A DNA stretch of 64,000 bases from Oscillospiraceae bacterium (GTDB lineage: Bacteria; Bacillota; Clostridia; Oscillospirales; Ruminococcaceae), in the NCBI GenBank assembly GCA_014799395.1, contig JAAVID010000003.1:63105-127104 (forward strand). The letters are read 5' to 3'. The position numbers and the translations under genes are program-made. A model generated the notes under the pieces. It saw only the letters and a list, made by a program, of their open reading frames with translations, had not been told where the DNA came from and ran no database searches. Of the stretch, positions 26,895 through 35,962 are shown piece by piece (the first letter of the stretch is position 1; the number at the start of each line of letters is the position of its first letter).

Positions 26895-27838
26895 TTAACG
26901 CCGTTCTTCGCCGCAAGCGTTTTATAGCAGTGCAGCGTCGCCAGAGCGTCGGCGAGGCTGTTGTGAGCGTTGCCGCGCCACTCGTAGCCGCAGTACTCCG
27001 CGCATTTAACAAGGCTCTGCCATTTGTATTTGTTTTGCTCCCAGTCCCATTCACCCGCGATCGGCGTGAATATTGCCTGAACGTCAATCACCTTTATATC
27101 CACTCGGAACTCAACTCCCGCTTTTTGCAGAAAAGCTAGATCAAAGCCCGTATTATATCCGATAATCGTTCCGCATTGCGCGAATATCGCGTTTAACTGC
27201 GGCACAGCCTGCTTGAACGCGATCTCCCTTTTCACCATACTCGGCGTGATGTGGTTGATCTCTTCCGCCTTTTCCCAGCTTTCGTGCCGCTCGGGACGGA
27301 AAAGTCTGTCGCATATGATACAGCCGCTCTCATCGACGATTGACAGCTGGAGTATTTCGTCCTCATCGGGGTTTAACCCCGTGGTTTCCGTGTCGATAAC
27401 GTAAAAGCGCTCGGTTTTTAACAGCGGATCGGGATTATCGTAAATATTGCTGATAACCACGAGATCGCGCCCGGGAACAGTGATATTGCGTAATCTGAAC
27501 CACTCGTTTTCCGCCAGTATTCCGAATTCGCCGTTCTTATATTCAACCACTCCTCGGTTATACTCAGCGCCATCGTCACCGATAAAAGCATAAACCGTAC
27601 TGTCGCAATAAAAACTTTTGAATACGCAAATATCTCCCTCGAAAACCTTCTTACCGTTTATATCGGTCTCGCCCGAGCACGCTCCGAGAGTTGACGTGTC
27701 TACCTCGTAGCTCTCCATAGTTGTCGGCTCGTGAATTATGGCGCGGTTCTCCTTTTTGCTGTAATCGCTCAGATAGCCCTCCACAAAATACGATTTCCGG
27801 AGAGGCTTGCCGCGCCAGATACCTCTATTCTCGTCCAT
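26891..27838 (-). CDS. YopX domain fused to DEDDh 3'-5' exonuclease
   Basis: YopX (WRGK..DINGKKVFEGDI..NIYDNP) then IDTETTG, GYNTGFD, HNSLADA. Confidence 0.85.
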   Translation of the reverse strand: MDENRGIWRGKPLRKSYFVEGYLSDYSKKENRAIIHEPTTMESYEVDTSTLGACSGETDINGKKVFEGDICVFKSFYCDSTVYAFIGDDGAEYNRGVVEYKNGEFGILAENEWFRLRNITVPGRDLVVISNIYDNPDPLLKTERFYVIDTETTGLNPDEDEILQLSIVDESGCIICDRLFRPERHESWEKAEEINHITPSMVKREIAFKQAVPQLNAIFAQCGTIIGYNTGFDLAFLQKAGVEFRVDIKVIDVQAIFTPIAGEWDWEQNKYKWQSLVKCAEYCGYEWRGNAHNSLADALATLHCYKTLAAKNGVK

Positions 27839-28058
27839 TGTCCTGTCTCCTTTCATTCTCTTGATTGTGCAAAACCTCCGCCAGCCTCAAGCATATTCCG
27901 TCATGATAGCCGGCACAATTCTCGCCGATACAAGGATAAAAACTTTGCGTGACTATATCGCCTTGACCGACCATTAGCGCCTTGTGTTCTTCCGTAAAGA
28001 TTCTGTAAGGACAAGCCTTGAGTTCGCCTTTGTCATCTATACAGTTCGCGTGGCTCAT
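27825..28058 (-). CDS. Small Cys-rich hypothetical protein
   Basis: ORF track. Confidence 0.65.
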   Translation of the reverse strand: MSHANCIDDKGELKACPYRIFTEEHKALMVGQGDIVTQSFYPCIGENCAGYHDGICLRLAEVLHNQENERRQDNGRE

Positions 28059-28416
28059 TTGCCCTCACCGCCCTCTGTTCTTTCTTCTGCCCTTTCCAGT
28101 GGTTTCCCAGCTCCAGCGCCATATATAAATTGCCGAGGAAATCTTGATTGCGGTCTTTTTCGAGTGCCATTACGACCATTCCAATCAATTTTGGAAATAC
28201 TTCAAGTTCGTCCTGCTTGTATTTGGAAATGATTTTCTGATATTCCGTTTCGCGCACAGCGGCGTTTTGCTCGTCAACGCAATTCGAGATCGATATCGCC
28301 GCCAGTGATACGAAATCCGCCCAGACCTCCCAAGCTGCCCTCGAAGTCATAAGGCTGTTGAACGTTTTGACGAACTCGGCGGAATCCTCGTTTATGTGCC
28401 TGATTGTTTTCGCCAT
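28033..28416 (-). pseudogene. Truncated N6 DNA methyltransferase (N-terminal part only)
   Basis: DFLGNLYMALELGNHWKGQ is not followed by the usual FFTP and catalytic domain. Confidence 0.75.
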
Positions 28417-28425
28417 ATCATCACC

Positions 28426-29391
28426 TCACACAACATACTTTTTATGGCTCGCCTTGACGTTCTCCATATCCGACTGCGCGTAAATCGTAGTAGTGCCGAT
28501 AACGGCATGACCCAGCATTTTTTGAACCTGGTCTATCGGCATTCCGCGGTTGAGCGCGATTGTCGCCGCCGTTCTCCGAAAACGGTGCGGATGACATTTT
28601 TCAACGCCCGCCTTTAAGCCGAGTTCACGGAAAAGCTGCTCTACCGTTCCGTGTTTCAGCCGCTCGTGCGGTTTTCTTAATCCAACAAACAGCGCGGGAT
28701 CATTATCGGTTCTCTCGGATAAATATTCGCTTATTGCGAGCTGAGATTTGGCGTTCAGATAACAAACGCGCTCTTTGCCGCCTTTGCCGAATACCGTTAT
28801 TTCGTTTCCGTCTATGTTTTTACGCTCCATTCCGCAAAGCTCGCTCACGCGACAGCCTGTGGAATACAGCGTCTCCAATATCGCAAGGTCGCGTTTGTTT
28901 CCGACGCTTTTGCGGAGCTTTTCAAGCTCGATTTCGGAAAATGCCTTTTTAATGCGCTGATCGCGCTTTATGGGCTTGACGTTCCTTGTCGGGTCTTTTT
29001 CTATGTAGTCCTCGGAGGTACACCAGCCGAAAAAGCTTTTCAGAACGTGCAGCTCGTTGTCCTGCGATACTTTGCTCAATCCGTCACGTTCGGAACGGAT
29101 AGCGATATAGTACCGTATCACGTCGGAAGTTACCGTCTCGAGATTGCAATTAGCGTCGGTGAAAAATCTTTTCAGAACGCCCCGATAGTACGTTATTGTC
29201 CGCGGAGAACAGCCCTCGACGTGCTTTGTGACGAAAAACATTTGCAGAGCACGGGCGCGTTTATCCTCAATCACGGCCAGCTCGTTTGACTTTTTGGTGA
29301 TCTCATAGCCGTTAAGCACTATGCGCAGATTGTTTTCCGTCATTCCGCCCAGAGCAGTTACCTCGCGGATTATGTCCTCTGCTGAGCTCAT
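28426..29391 (-). CDS. Tyrosine recombinase (XerD-like, SAM-like N-domain)
   Basis: STGCRVSEL, GKGGKER, HPHRFRRT, LGH..IGTTTIY. Confidence 0.93.
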   Translation of the reverse strand: MSSAEDIIREVTALGGMTENNLRIVLNGYEITKKSNELAVIEDKRARALQMFFVTKHVEGCSPRTITYYRGVLKRFFTDANCNLETVTSDVIRYYIAIRSERDGLSKVSQDNELHVLKSFFGWCTSEDYIEKDPTRNVKPIKRDQRIKKAFSEIELEKLRKSVGNKRDLAILETLYSTGCRVSELCGMERKNIDGNEITVFGKGGKERVCYLNAKSQLAISEYLSERTDNDPALFVGLRKPHERLKHGTVEQLFRELGLKAGVEKCHPHRFRRTAATIALNRGMPIDQVQKMLGHAVIGTTTIYAQSDMENVKASHKKYVV

Positions 29392-29771
29392 TCCGTTTCC
29401 TCCCGTTGATTCTCCTTGCCGTCCATTACCGCGCCGCAGTGAGGGCAAAGCTCATAATCCAAACCGCGTGAATACGTTGCGTCACTTACCTTACGGCTGC
29501 ATTCCGAGCATTCGTAATTCATTGCCACGCCTCTCCGCTTATCACTGTCGTCATCATAAAGCGGTATCCAATGTCCGTATACCACGGCGCGAGCGTCAGC
29601 GGCAGGGAGAGCGTTTACGCAATTTAAAATATACGCGGCGGTGTCATTAGCGCCCTCCATGCTTTCCGGCGAATATTTTAGATCATAGTCGTGATCGTCG
29701 TCAATCTTTCTTTGACACTCGACGAGTATCGCAATAACATCGGCTTTTTTCACAAATTCCGTATCAGCCAC
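29388..29771 (-). CDS. Hypothetical Zn-ribbon protein
   Basis: LPAADARAVVYGHWI, CSEC, CPHCGAVMD. Confidence 0.75.
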   Translation of the reverse strand: MADTEFVKKADVIAILVECQRKIDDDHDYDLKYSPESMEGANDTAAYILNCVNALPAADARAVVYGHWIPLYDDDSDKRRGVAMNYECSECSRKVSDATYSRGLDYELCPHCGAVMDGKENQREETE

Positions 29772-29782
29772 TATTTACCCTC

Positions 29783-30283
29783 CTACTGTATCATATATTT
29801 TGCTCGCTGCATTTCTTTGTTTAACTGCACATACATCTTTAGCGCGTCTGCCGCTTGCAGAATATCCGCGCTGTTGTCATGCTTGGAATACAAATCGAGC
29901 GCCAATCCGATTACAGTTCCGCAAGCCTCGCCGAATGAAGAACAGGTGTTAGGATTCTCACATTTGAACGCCTCAGCCAAACCCACAATTGCCGTGCCTA
30001 AATCGGATATAACCTTGAAGAGTTCATCTTTAAAGCCGTAGTTAAAATCGTGCTTCATCTGCTCTGCTTCTTGTTTCATTCGGTGCATTTGCTCTTGCAA
30101 AGCAGAAGTAATTGTGGTGACCTCGCTTTCGGATAAATCAATTGTTAAATTGCACGATTTTGACCCGTGTTCTTCATCATAATCGCGTTTGCGGTTTAAT
30201 TTCTCGGTGAGCTTATTTAAAAGCGGAGAAAGCTCGCTGCTAATGTATAATTTCCGATCTTTAACCAATTCTTCAGCGTCCAT
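29783..30283 (-). CDS. Hypothetical protein
   Basis: GGAGG RBS before ATG 30283. Confidence 0.65.
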   Translation of the reverse strand: MDAEELVKDRKLYISSELSPLLNKLTEKLNRKRDYDEEHGSKSCNLTIDLSESEVTTITSALQEQMHRMKQEAEQMKHDFNYGFKDELFKVISDLGTAIVGLAEAFKCENPNTCSSFGEACGTVIGLALDLYSKHDNSADILQAADALKMYVQLNKEMQRAKYMIQ

Positions 30284-30500
30284 TGTTATCCTCCTTATCA
30301 GTTCTCCTGTTGAAATTCCCGACGGGATTTTCCGCCTCGCGACCGTTGGAGCTGATCTGCTTATCTCCGCCAAAGCTGACGATTGCACGGCACTCCTTGT
30401 GGGTGCACATGAAATACGTCACATTATACAGTCCGTTTATTATTTTTACCTCTGCGCCGCAGAACGGACACGGTTTCAAAGAAATTCTAGACTTCATCAT
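30273..30500 (-). CDS. Lar-family restriction alleviation protein
   Basis: LKPCPFCG..C...C..(W/F)NRR signature. Confidence 0.8.
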   Translation of the reverse strand: MMKSRISLKPCPFCGAEVKIINGLYNVTYFMCTHKECRAIVSFGGDKQISSNGREAENPVGNFNRRTDKEDNNGR

Positions 30501-31104
30501 TTCCCTCCAGTTTCAGCTGTTCGTCGATCATCTCGCGCATTTCCGAGAGATGATAAATATACTTGTCCTTGACGGCGTTGATGATCCCGCCCAGTTCGTC
30601 AAACAAATCGTGAAGTGCCTCTTCGGTGAATTTAACACCCAGAATGACCGCCTCGGGCAGGAATCCCTTTTTAACGCAAAGCGCCGTGTGAACACCGTGC
30701 GACGTGCGGAATGTCCGCATAAAGTAAGTGGTCTGATCGTCGGCGACTATCGGCTTGAGATACGCGCCGTCGATAAACAGCAGTTTTGTTCCCGTCTCGA
30801 ATATCAGATATTCCTCGTTTTTGATAATAACCCGTTTGGGCGGCGTTTCTATCTGAATATCGGTGCTGTTGTGCTCGGCAAATAAATCGTCGGTAACTCT
30901 CGGCTCGGTAAAAGAGATCTCCCTGATGTTCTTTTCGGTATAATCCAGCATTGACGCCAGACTGTCAAAGGACATAGGCTCGATTCCCGCGAGTATGTAA
31001 AACGCGCTGCTGTCGCCGATCCACTGCTCGCCGCCCTCCGTCGTATGCGACGCCAATTCTTTTTGCGAACGGCATATCGCCGCTACGCGCTTTTTCTTTA
31101 TCAT
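30487..31104 (-). CDS. Conserved phage hypothetical protein
   Basis: ORF track; QWIGD..AFY, YLKPI. Confidence 0.75.
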   Translation of the reverse strand: MIKKKRVAAICRSQKELASHTTEGGEQWIGDSSAFYILAGIEPMSFDSLASMLDYTEKNIREISFTEPRVTDDLFAEHNSTDIQIETPPKRVIIKNEEYLIFETGTKLLFIDGAYLKPIVADDQTTYFMRTFRTSHGVHTALCVKKGFLPEAVILGVKFTEEALHDLFDELGGIINAVKDKYIYHLSEMREMIDEQLKLEGNDEV

Positions 31105-31415
31105 GACAACGCCTCCTTCATTTTTCCGACCATAGCCGTTATTGCCGCAACGGGCTTTTCGCGCTCCTCCTCGGGCAGCGCGTTCAATGCTTCCAATGCT
31201 GCGTTAAAATTGCGCAGACATTCCTCAACATGGAATTTCACACGCTCCTTTTGCGTGCTGGGAGGCGTCTTTTTTGCAAGCGATTGCAAAGCGGCGTTTT
31301 CGGTTTCCAGCCGCTCGAGTTTCTCCGCGTTCGCGTTGATCCGGCTGTCAAGAAATGCCGCGAGGTTTTCACGCAAGTCTGTGTCCTGCGCCTTTGTCAT
31401 CTTGTTGTTGTCCAT
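31101..31415 (-). pseudogene. Probable internally deleted DUF3102-type protein
   Basis: LDSRINANA (domain start) joins directly to the C-terminal coiled coil. Confidence 0.45.
31274..31289. promoter_or_regulatory. Palindrome copy 3 (TTGCAAGCGATTGCAA), intragenic
   Basis: Direct sequence match. Confidence 0.65.
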
Positions 31416-31418
31416 ATT

Positions 31419-31685
31419 TTACGCTCCTATCCTGATTCGATTTTCCGTATCGCCCGGTTCGAGCGACCATGCGCGCTCCTGCTCCTCGCTGATATCCGCA
31501 CAGCCGCCCACAGCGAGCTTTCTACCTTTGTCGTGGCAGAACTTCCAGCAGCCCGCCAGCGTCAGCTTTTTGCCCTCGATATCCTCCTCGTTCATCGTGG
31601 TGAGGATAGGCTCAATATACGCGAGTGTGCGTTTCTCGAACGCTGTTTTTGCTTCTCCGAGTATCTTTCTTGTTTTATCTGTCAT
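31419..31685 (-). CDS. PcfK-like protein, probably truncated or fused
   Basis: KKLTLAGCWKFCHDKGRKLAVGGCADI; no PcfJ gene follows. Confidence 0.55.
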   Translation of the reverse strand: MTDKTRKILGEAKTAFEKRTLAYIEPILTTMNEEDIEGKKLTLAGCWKFCHDKGRKLAVGGCADISEEQERAWSLEPGDTENRIRIGA

Positions 31686-32518
31686 GGTGATTTTCCTTTC
31701 CTGCGTACCGCTTTATAGAGCGATACATAATGTCTGTATTTTTTCTTTCTGACGAGCTTGAACCGCGCGAACGGTCTGCCCGTGATCTCGTTTGTGCCGA
31801 TGTAGTAACTGACCAACGCCCAGCCTATGTACAACCGCTCGACGTACTTTTTCACCTCGTCGTTCCGCGCTGCGTCCTGCATCTTGCGCATACGTTTCTT
31901 GGATACGCTGTTGTCATCGGTAATCGTATCGGGACGGAGCAGGTTTGTTGAGCAGTTCCACGATCGCTCGAACTTGGCCGCTCTCTTGAATTCCTTTGAG
32001 ATGTACTCGCACAGCGCCTCGCAAAGCTCTCCGCCGTCATCGGGCTGCATACGCCGCGATTGAGTAAGACCCAGCTTCCACAGCCGCTCAATATCGTCAC
32101 GGTTGATACCCGTACCGCTGTTGATGACAACATGAAAGTGCGGCCGCGTTCCCTTGCTTCTGCCCTCGTAGACGTAAAGGTACTTCAAATCCAAACCGAG
32201 TTTAACATAAAGCCGCCGTAAACGCTTGATGTAGTTGGCGAAGTCCTTCTGTGCTTGCTTTTTGTTGGTGGGATCGGCAAACGTCAATGTTACGACGTAA
32301 TCTCCCGCACGGAAATTGTTGTGAAACAGCCAGCGGAAGTATTTCCTGGAGTACTCGTCGTTCATGTCCTTGACCTTTGGTGGAGAAGCGCGGGTTCTGC
32401 TTCGACGGGGTTTTCTTACCGCCTCTTTTTCCTCCTCGGAGTACTCGTACCAATCGACCTCCTTGTACCGACAATTATGTCGGCTGAGAGATTTTTCCCG
32501 AATGAAGGTATGCTTCAT
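31682..32518 (-). CDS. HUH rolling-circle replication initiator (inovirus Gp2/G2P-like)
   Basis: Motif I TLTF, motif II HFH, motif III YISK. Confidence 0.85.
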   Translation of the reverse strand: MKHTFIREKSLSRHNCRYKEVDWYEYSEEEKEAVRKPRRSRTRASPPKVKDMNDEYSRKYFRWLFHNNFRAGDYVVTLTFADPTNKKQAQKDFANYIKRLRRLYVKLGLDLKYLYVYEGRSKGTRPHFHVVINSGTGINRDDIERLWKLGLTQSRRMQPDDGGELCEALCEYISKEFKRAAKFERSWNCSTNLLRPDTITDDNSVSKKRMRKMQDAARNDEVKKYVERLYIGWALVSYYIGTNEITGRPFARFKLVRKKKYRHYVSLYKAVRRKGKSP

Positions 32519-32648
32519 AAATTACGTATCACTCTCCTCTGAAAATCCAAAAACGGCAGAGTTGTCAATACTCATTACAAGCCCGTCAAGCGGCAGTGTG
32601 AACGCCTTTTTTTACGGCGTTCTTGCCGCATTTTTTTGAATTTTCCTA

Positions 32649-32765
32649 TTGACTTTTGAGCGGGAAAGTGATATAATATTTATAGGGTGATTTTGCAATC
32701 GATTGCAAAATGAATTTTTTCACTTTCCTGCTTTGTTCCCGCCGGCTTTGGCGGGGATTTTTTTA
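32649..32765 (+). promoter_or_regulatory. Antisense sigmaA promoter + terminator unit B
   Basis: TTGACT-17-TGaTATAAT (32649-32677); hairpin 32737-32757 plus T run. Confidence 0.7.
32693..32708. promoter_or_regulatory. Palindrome copy 4, just downstream of the unit B -10 box
   Basis: Perfect 20-bp palindrome 32691-32710. Confidence 0.7.
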
Positions 32766-33605
32766 TGCCTTTTCCGGGAAAAGACAACGCACGATCGACG
32801 TGCCGCCGAAATCGGTGAAATGCTCGCACTTAAAACAATGTTCTTGACAGACCGATGTCTTATATTTCGGACATTGCGCCCAGCTGCCGTTTTCTTTGTG
32901 CGTTTTTCCGCAGATCGGACACGGAAGCGGAAGCGTTTTTTCGCCTCGCGTTACCCTTTTCAACAAATAGTTGTAATATTCCTCGAGGAAACGCTTTAAC
33001 GCCGTTTCGCCTCCGTCAAAGCCCGCGCTGTACAGCTTGCCATCGAGGGCTCTCACGCCGAATATCTCTCGGTCCCCTATCTGTTTGCGACAAAGAGCGA
33101 TCTTTGAGAACTTCGCCTCGCCGCCCGGTTCTCTCGGCGGTGCAGCGCACGCGAATACCGTTTCCCACTCCGAAGTATTCGCCACGACTGCCGTTTTCGG
33201 CGGCTCGGGGGGCTCGTCCTGCGGAGCTTCGGGAATATTCTCCGGGTATCTTCTCGCCAGGTCGGCAAGCTCCGCGCCAAAGCCTTGACTTTCGCTGCCA
33301 AAGCTAATATTATATTTATCGCACAGCTTGTGCAGTTCGTTATATAAATCGCATTTCGGCTTATCTTTCGGCACGTCGGGAACTTCTTGAGACTGTATAT
33401 ACAATGGTTTCAAAAGGCTGAACTCCGTGCGTTCGCTGCCTTTTTTCAATATGTGGTTTATAGCCCTTTTTGCACCGACTTCACTTTTGTACCTATGCAC
33501 TCGGCTATCGAGCGTTCCCATAACAGGGCGATCATCCGAATCATCGCCATAATAATAAACATTATCCTTACTGTCATAAACTACCCATTTGTTTTCTATC
33601 AGCAT
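32763..33605 (-). CDS. Hypothetical protein with C-terminal Cys/His cluster
   Basis: ORF track; CPIC..H..C..C..HC..C. Confidence 0.7.
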   Translation of the reverse strand: MLIENKWVVYDSKDNVYYYGDDSDDRPVMGTLDSRVHRYKSEVGAKRAINHILKKGSERTEFSLLKPLYIQSQEVPDVPKDKPKCDLYNELHKLCDKYNISFGSESQGFGAELADLARRYPENIPEAPQDEPPEPPKTAVVANTSEWETVFACAAPPREPGGEAKFSKIALCRKQIGDREIFGVRALDGKLYSAGFDGGETALKRFLEEYYNYLLKRVTRGEKTLPLPCPICGKTHKENGSWAQCPKYKTSVCQEHCFKCEHFTDFGGTSIVRCLFPEKA

Positions 33606-33619
33606 TTTTCACACTCCTC

Positions 33620-34078
33620 TCAAAACGGATAATCGTCGCTGCCTGTGTCGGTAAAGTCGGGCGAAGGGGGCTTTGACTGCTGCGCCGTGGTGTTATTATT
33701 CGCGTACTGCGGAGGCTCTGGCGGCAATGGCGGCGGTTCTGGCGCGCTGCTTTTCTCGCCCGTAAAGCTAAGCCGTTCCGCCATTATCTCGTACCATGTC
33801 GCGGGGGTTCCGTTCTTGTCGGTGTACTGCCGCGTCTGCATTTCGCCCTCGACTAAGATCATTCTGCCCTTTGCGAAATATCTCACAACGAATTCCGCAG
33901 CCGCTCGCCACGCGACGACGTTAAAGAAATCCGTCTTTTTCTCCTCGCCCTTGACCTGATAATTGCGGTCAACGGCGATACGGAACGAGCAGACACTCAA
34001 GCCTGTCGGTGTGGTCTTTAATTCGAGATCGTTGCATATCCTGCCCATCATTATTACTTTGTTAAACATTGCTTTCAC
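33620..34078 (-). CDS. ssb: Single-stranded DNA-binding protein
   Basis: NKVIMMGR, FRIAVDR, KGRMILVEG, acidic DDYPF tail. Confidence 0.95.
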   Translation of the reverse strand: MKAMFNKVIMMGRICNDLELKTTPTGLSVCSFRIAVDRNYQVKGEEKKTDFFNVVAWRAAAEFVVRYFAKGRMILVEGEMQTRQYTDKNGTPATWYEIMAERLSFTGEKSSAPEPPPLPPEPPQYANNNTTAQQSKPPSPDFTDTGSDDYPF

Positions 34079-34343
34079 CGCCCTTTACATTGTCTTTTGG
34101 TTCGGGGAAAAGTTGAGCCTCGATTTTGTAAATCTTTTTTATCACCTCACAATAATTTGTTATGCGATTATACAGCTCAACACTTTCCTTAAGCGAATCC
34201 ATTGCGTTTAACGCCTTTTTAAAAATCGGCTCGATAGCCTTCCCGACGTATTCAGCAAATCCGTAAATAGCGCCTTTGAAACTTTTCGCCTCAATAATCA
34301 CGAATGAGTCATTAACGCCGTAAATAATTAAATATTCACACAT
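34062..34343 (-). CDS. Hypothetical protein
   Basis: ORF track. Confidence 0.6.
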   Translation of the reverse strand: MCEYLIIYGVNDSFVIIEAKSFKGAIYGFAEYVGKAIEPIFKKALNAMDSLKESVELYNRITNYCEVIKKIYKIEAQLFPEPKDNVKGGESNV

Positions 34344-34656
34344 TGCTCTTGCCGCCCTTTCCGCCCATTTTCGCGCCGCAATTTGGGCAAAATTTCGTTA
34401 CATACCACAACAGGTGTCCGCAGTCGGAACAACGAAATGTATCGTGCCTATCACCTTTGCAGCGGAATCGCTCCCACCGCCCGCGCCTTTCGGGGCGAAC
34501 ATCGGCAGCGGGAGCGTTTTCAACTATCCCAATAGCCTTGTTTAAACCTCTGTTTATTCCCTCGTTAACGTACAAATCGCCATCGGAGCTGATTAAATCA
34601 ATGAAACGGCTTTTTATTTCAGAGAGAACCTTTTCGCGCTCTATGCATTCAGCCAT
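34336..34656 (-). CDS. Hypothetical Zn-ribbon protein
   Basis: PAADVRPERRGRW, CSDCG, FCPNCGAKM. Confidence 0.75.
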   Translation of the reverse strand: MAECIEREKVLSEIKSRFIDLISSDGDLYVNEGINRGLNKAIGIVENAPAADVRPERRGRWERFRCKGDRHDTFRCSDCGHLLWYVTKFCPNCGAKMGGKGGKSNV

Positions 34657-34699
34657 TATTCCATCACCTCCACCCTCTCAAACTCGATAACCCACACCC
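34656..34699 (-). pseudogene. Gene remnant: only C-terminal VWVIEFERVEVME* survives
   Basis: Matches the (NP)WVWVIEFER tail of a common phage protein; no start or upstream body. Confidence 0.5.
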
Positions 34700-34711
34700 T
34701 CAGACCTCCCG

Positions 34712-35074
34712 CTATCTCTTGTAATAATCGCCGGTTCTGTAGGTGTTGTAATCGTTTTCCGTAACCTCGAACGTATATTCAACGATTTTGCCGTCCTTGT
34801 CGCCCTTGATCGTAAAGTAATAGGTCGCGGGGTGATATTCGATTACTGGCATAGTCATACCGTCGGAAATACGGCGATCCGTTGTTTTTGAATACGCTGC
34901 GTTGTAGTTTTTGTCAACAATAACGCCCTCGCTTATTCTATTGTGCTCGTTCGCTGTCACGCCGCATATAATCAGCGTCATCATAACAACAACTGCCGCG
35001 ATTATAAAAGTATGAAGTATGTTTTCTTTTATGATCGCGCCAATACTCGAGAGATATTTTTTCACTTTTTTCAT
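34712..35074 (-). CDS. Membrane-anchored hypothetical protein
   Basis: TM then EGVIVDK..Y. Confidence 0.7.
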   Translation of the reverse strand: MKKVKKYLSSIGAIIKENILHTFIIAAVVVMMTLIICGVTANEHNRISEGVIVDKNYNAAYSKTTDRRISDGMTMPVIEYHPATYYFTIKGDKDGKIVEYTFEVTENDYNTYRTGDYYKR

Positions 35075-35946
35075 TCCACGTCCTCCAAAGTAATCTGTCT
35101 GGGGTCGTCGCCGACCCACCAGCGCATAACGTCCTCGCCTGTTTCCCAGCTTGTGGGTAAATTGCGGCGTTTGCGTTCTTTAAGCATACGGTCAAAGGCT
35201 CTGACGTAATTCAAACGGTATTTGGGATATTTCGCGAAATCGGCTTTCATACCCTTGAAGCCCTGCATAGGGCAGCCGATACAACCGATACGCCCCTCGC
35301 CACATTGATACAATGGATTTGCATTACAGCTGTAATGATGAAGAAACTCCCATACATCATCATCTGACCAGTCAATGATCGGGTTTATCATGGTCGCAAT
35401 AGTACGGTAACAATACTCAACAAGCCGACGCGCGGGGTCGTTATCCATATTCATAACCAAGCCGCCCTTATCCGTCACACGGTAATCCGCGCCCATTTCT
35501 TCGGCGGCTTTTTGGGTAGTCTTAGGCTTGCCGAGAACCTTAACCAAATCAGAACTTTCGGCACGTGCGTGACTTTCCGCTTTGCGAACGCCCGTTATTT
35601 TCAAGCGACCTCGACCACCACGCTCTTTCAATTCCTCGCAACAGTAGCGAACCCAACGAGTTGGCGGCATTAACTTCTCGGGGATAAGCTCCCACATTGA
35701 TTTTTCGGGCTCGCTGATATCAACATTAGGTATCGACCTTACATAATAGACCGTTTCGGGCGCGTCTACCGTTGTAAGATTATGAACTATATCGTGCTTA
35801 ACGCCCGCGAGCGCGGCTAATATGCGTATGCAGTCGCTGTCCTTGCCGCCGCTGTAACAGAGATAATAACCCTTGCCGTCTCTCGGCTCGAATGATTTCA
35901 AATGCTTGATTGCACGGCGTTCCTTTTCTGCTAAACCGTCATTCAT
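35071..35946 (-). CDS. PAPS reductase family protein
   Basis: YSGGKDS, RYCCEELKE, GVRKAES.R, RIGCIGCPM. Confidence 0.9.
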   Translation of the reverse strand: MNDGLAEKERRAIKHLKSFEPRDGKGYYLCYSGGKDSDCIRILAALAGVKHDIVHNLTTVDAPETVYYVRSIPNVDISEPEKSMWELIPEKLMPPTRWVRYCCEELKERGGRGRLKITGVRKAESHARAESSDLVKVLGKPKTTQKAAEEMGADYRVTDKGGLVMNMDNDPARRLVEYCYRTIATMINPIIDWSDDDVWEFLHHYSCNANPLYQCGEGRIGCIGCPMQGFKGMKADFAKYPKYRLNYVRAFDRMLKERKRRNLPTSWETGEDVMRWWVGDDPRQITLEDVE

Positions 35947-35962
35947 CTCTTGACAAATCCTC

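Noticed and set aside
31419-31685. Anti-CRISPR (AcrIIA9-like label often given to PcfK proteins)
   Set aside because: Family resemblance alone does not show Cas9 inhibition; the gene looks truncated and no aca gene is adjacent.
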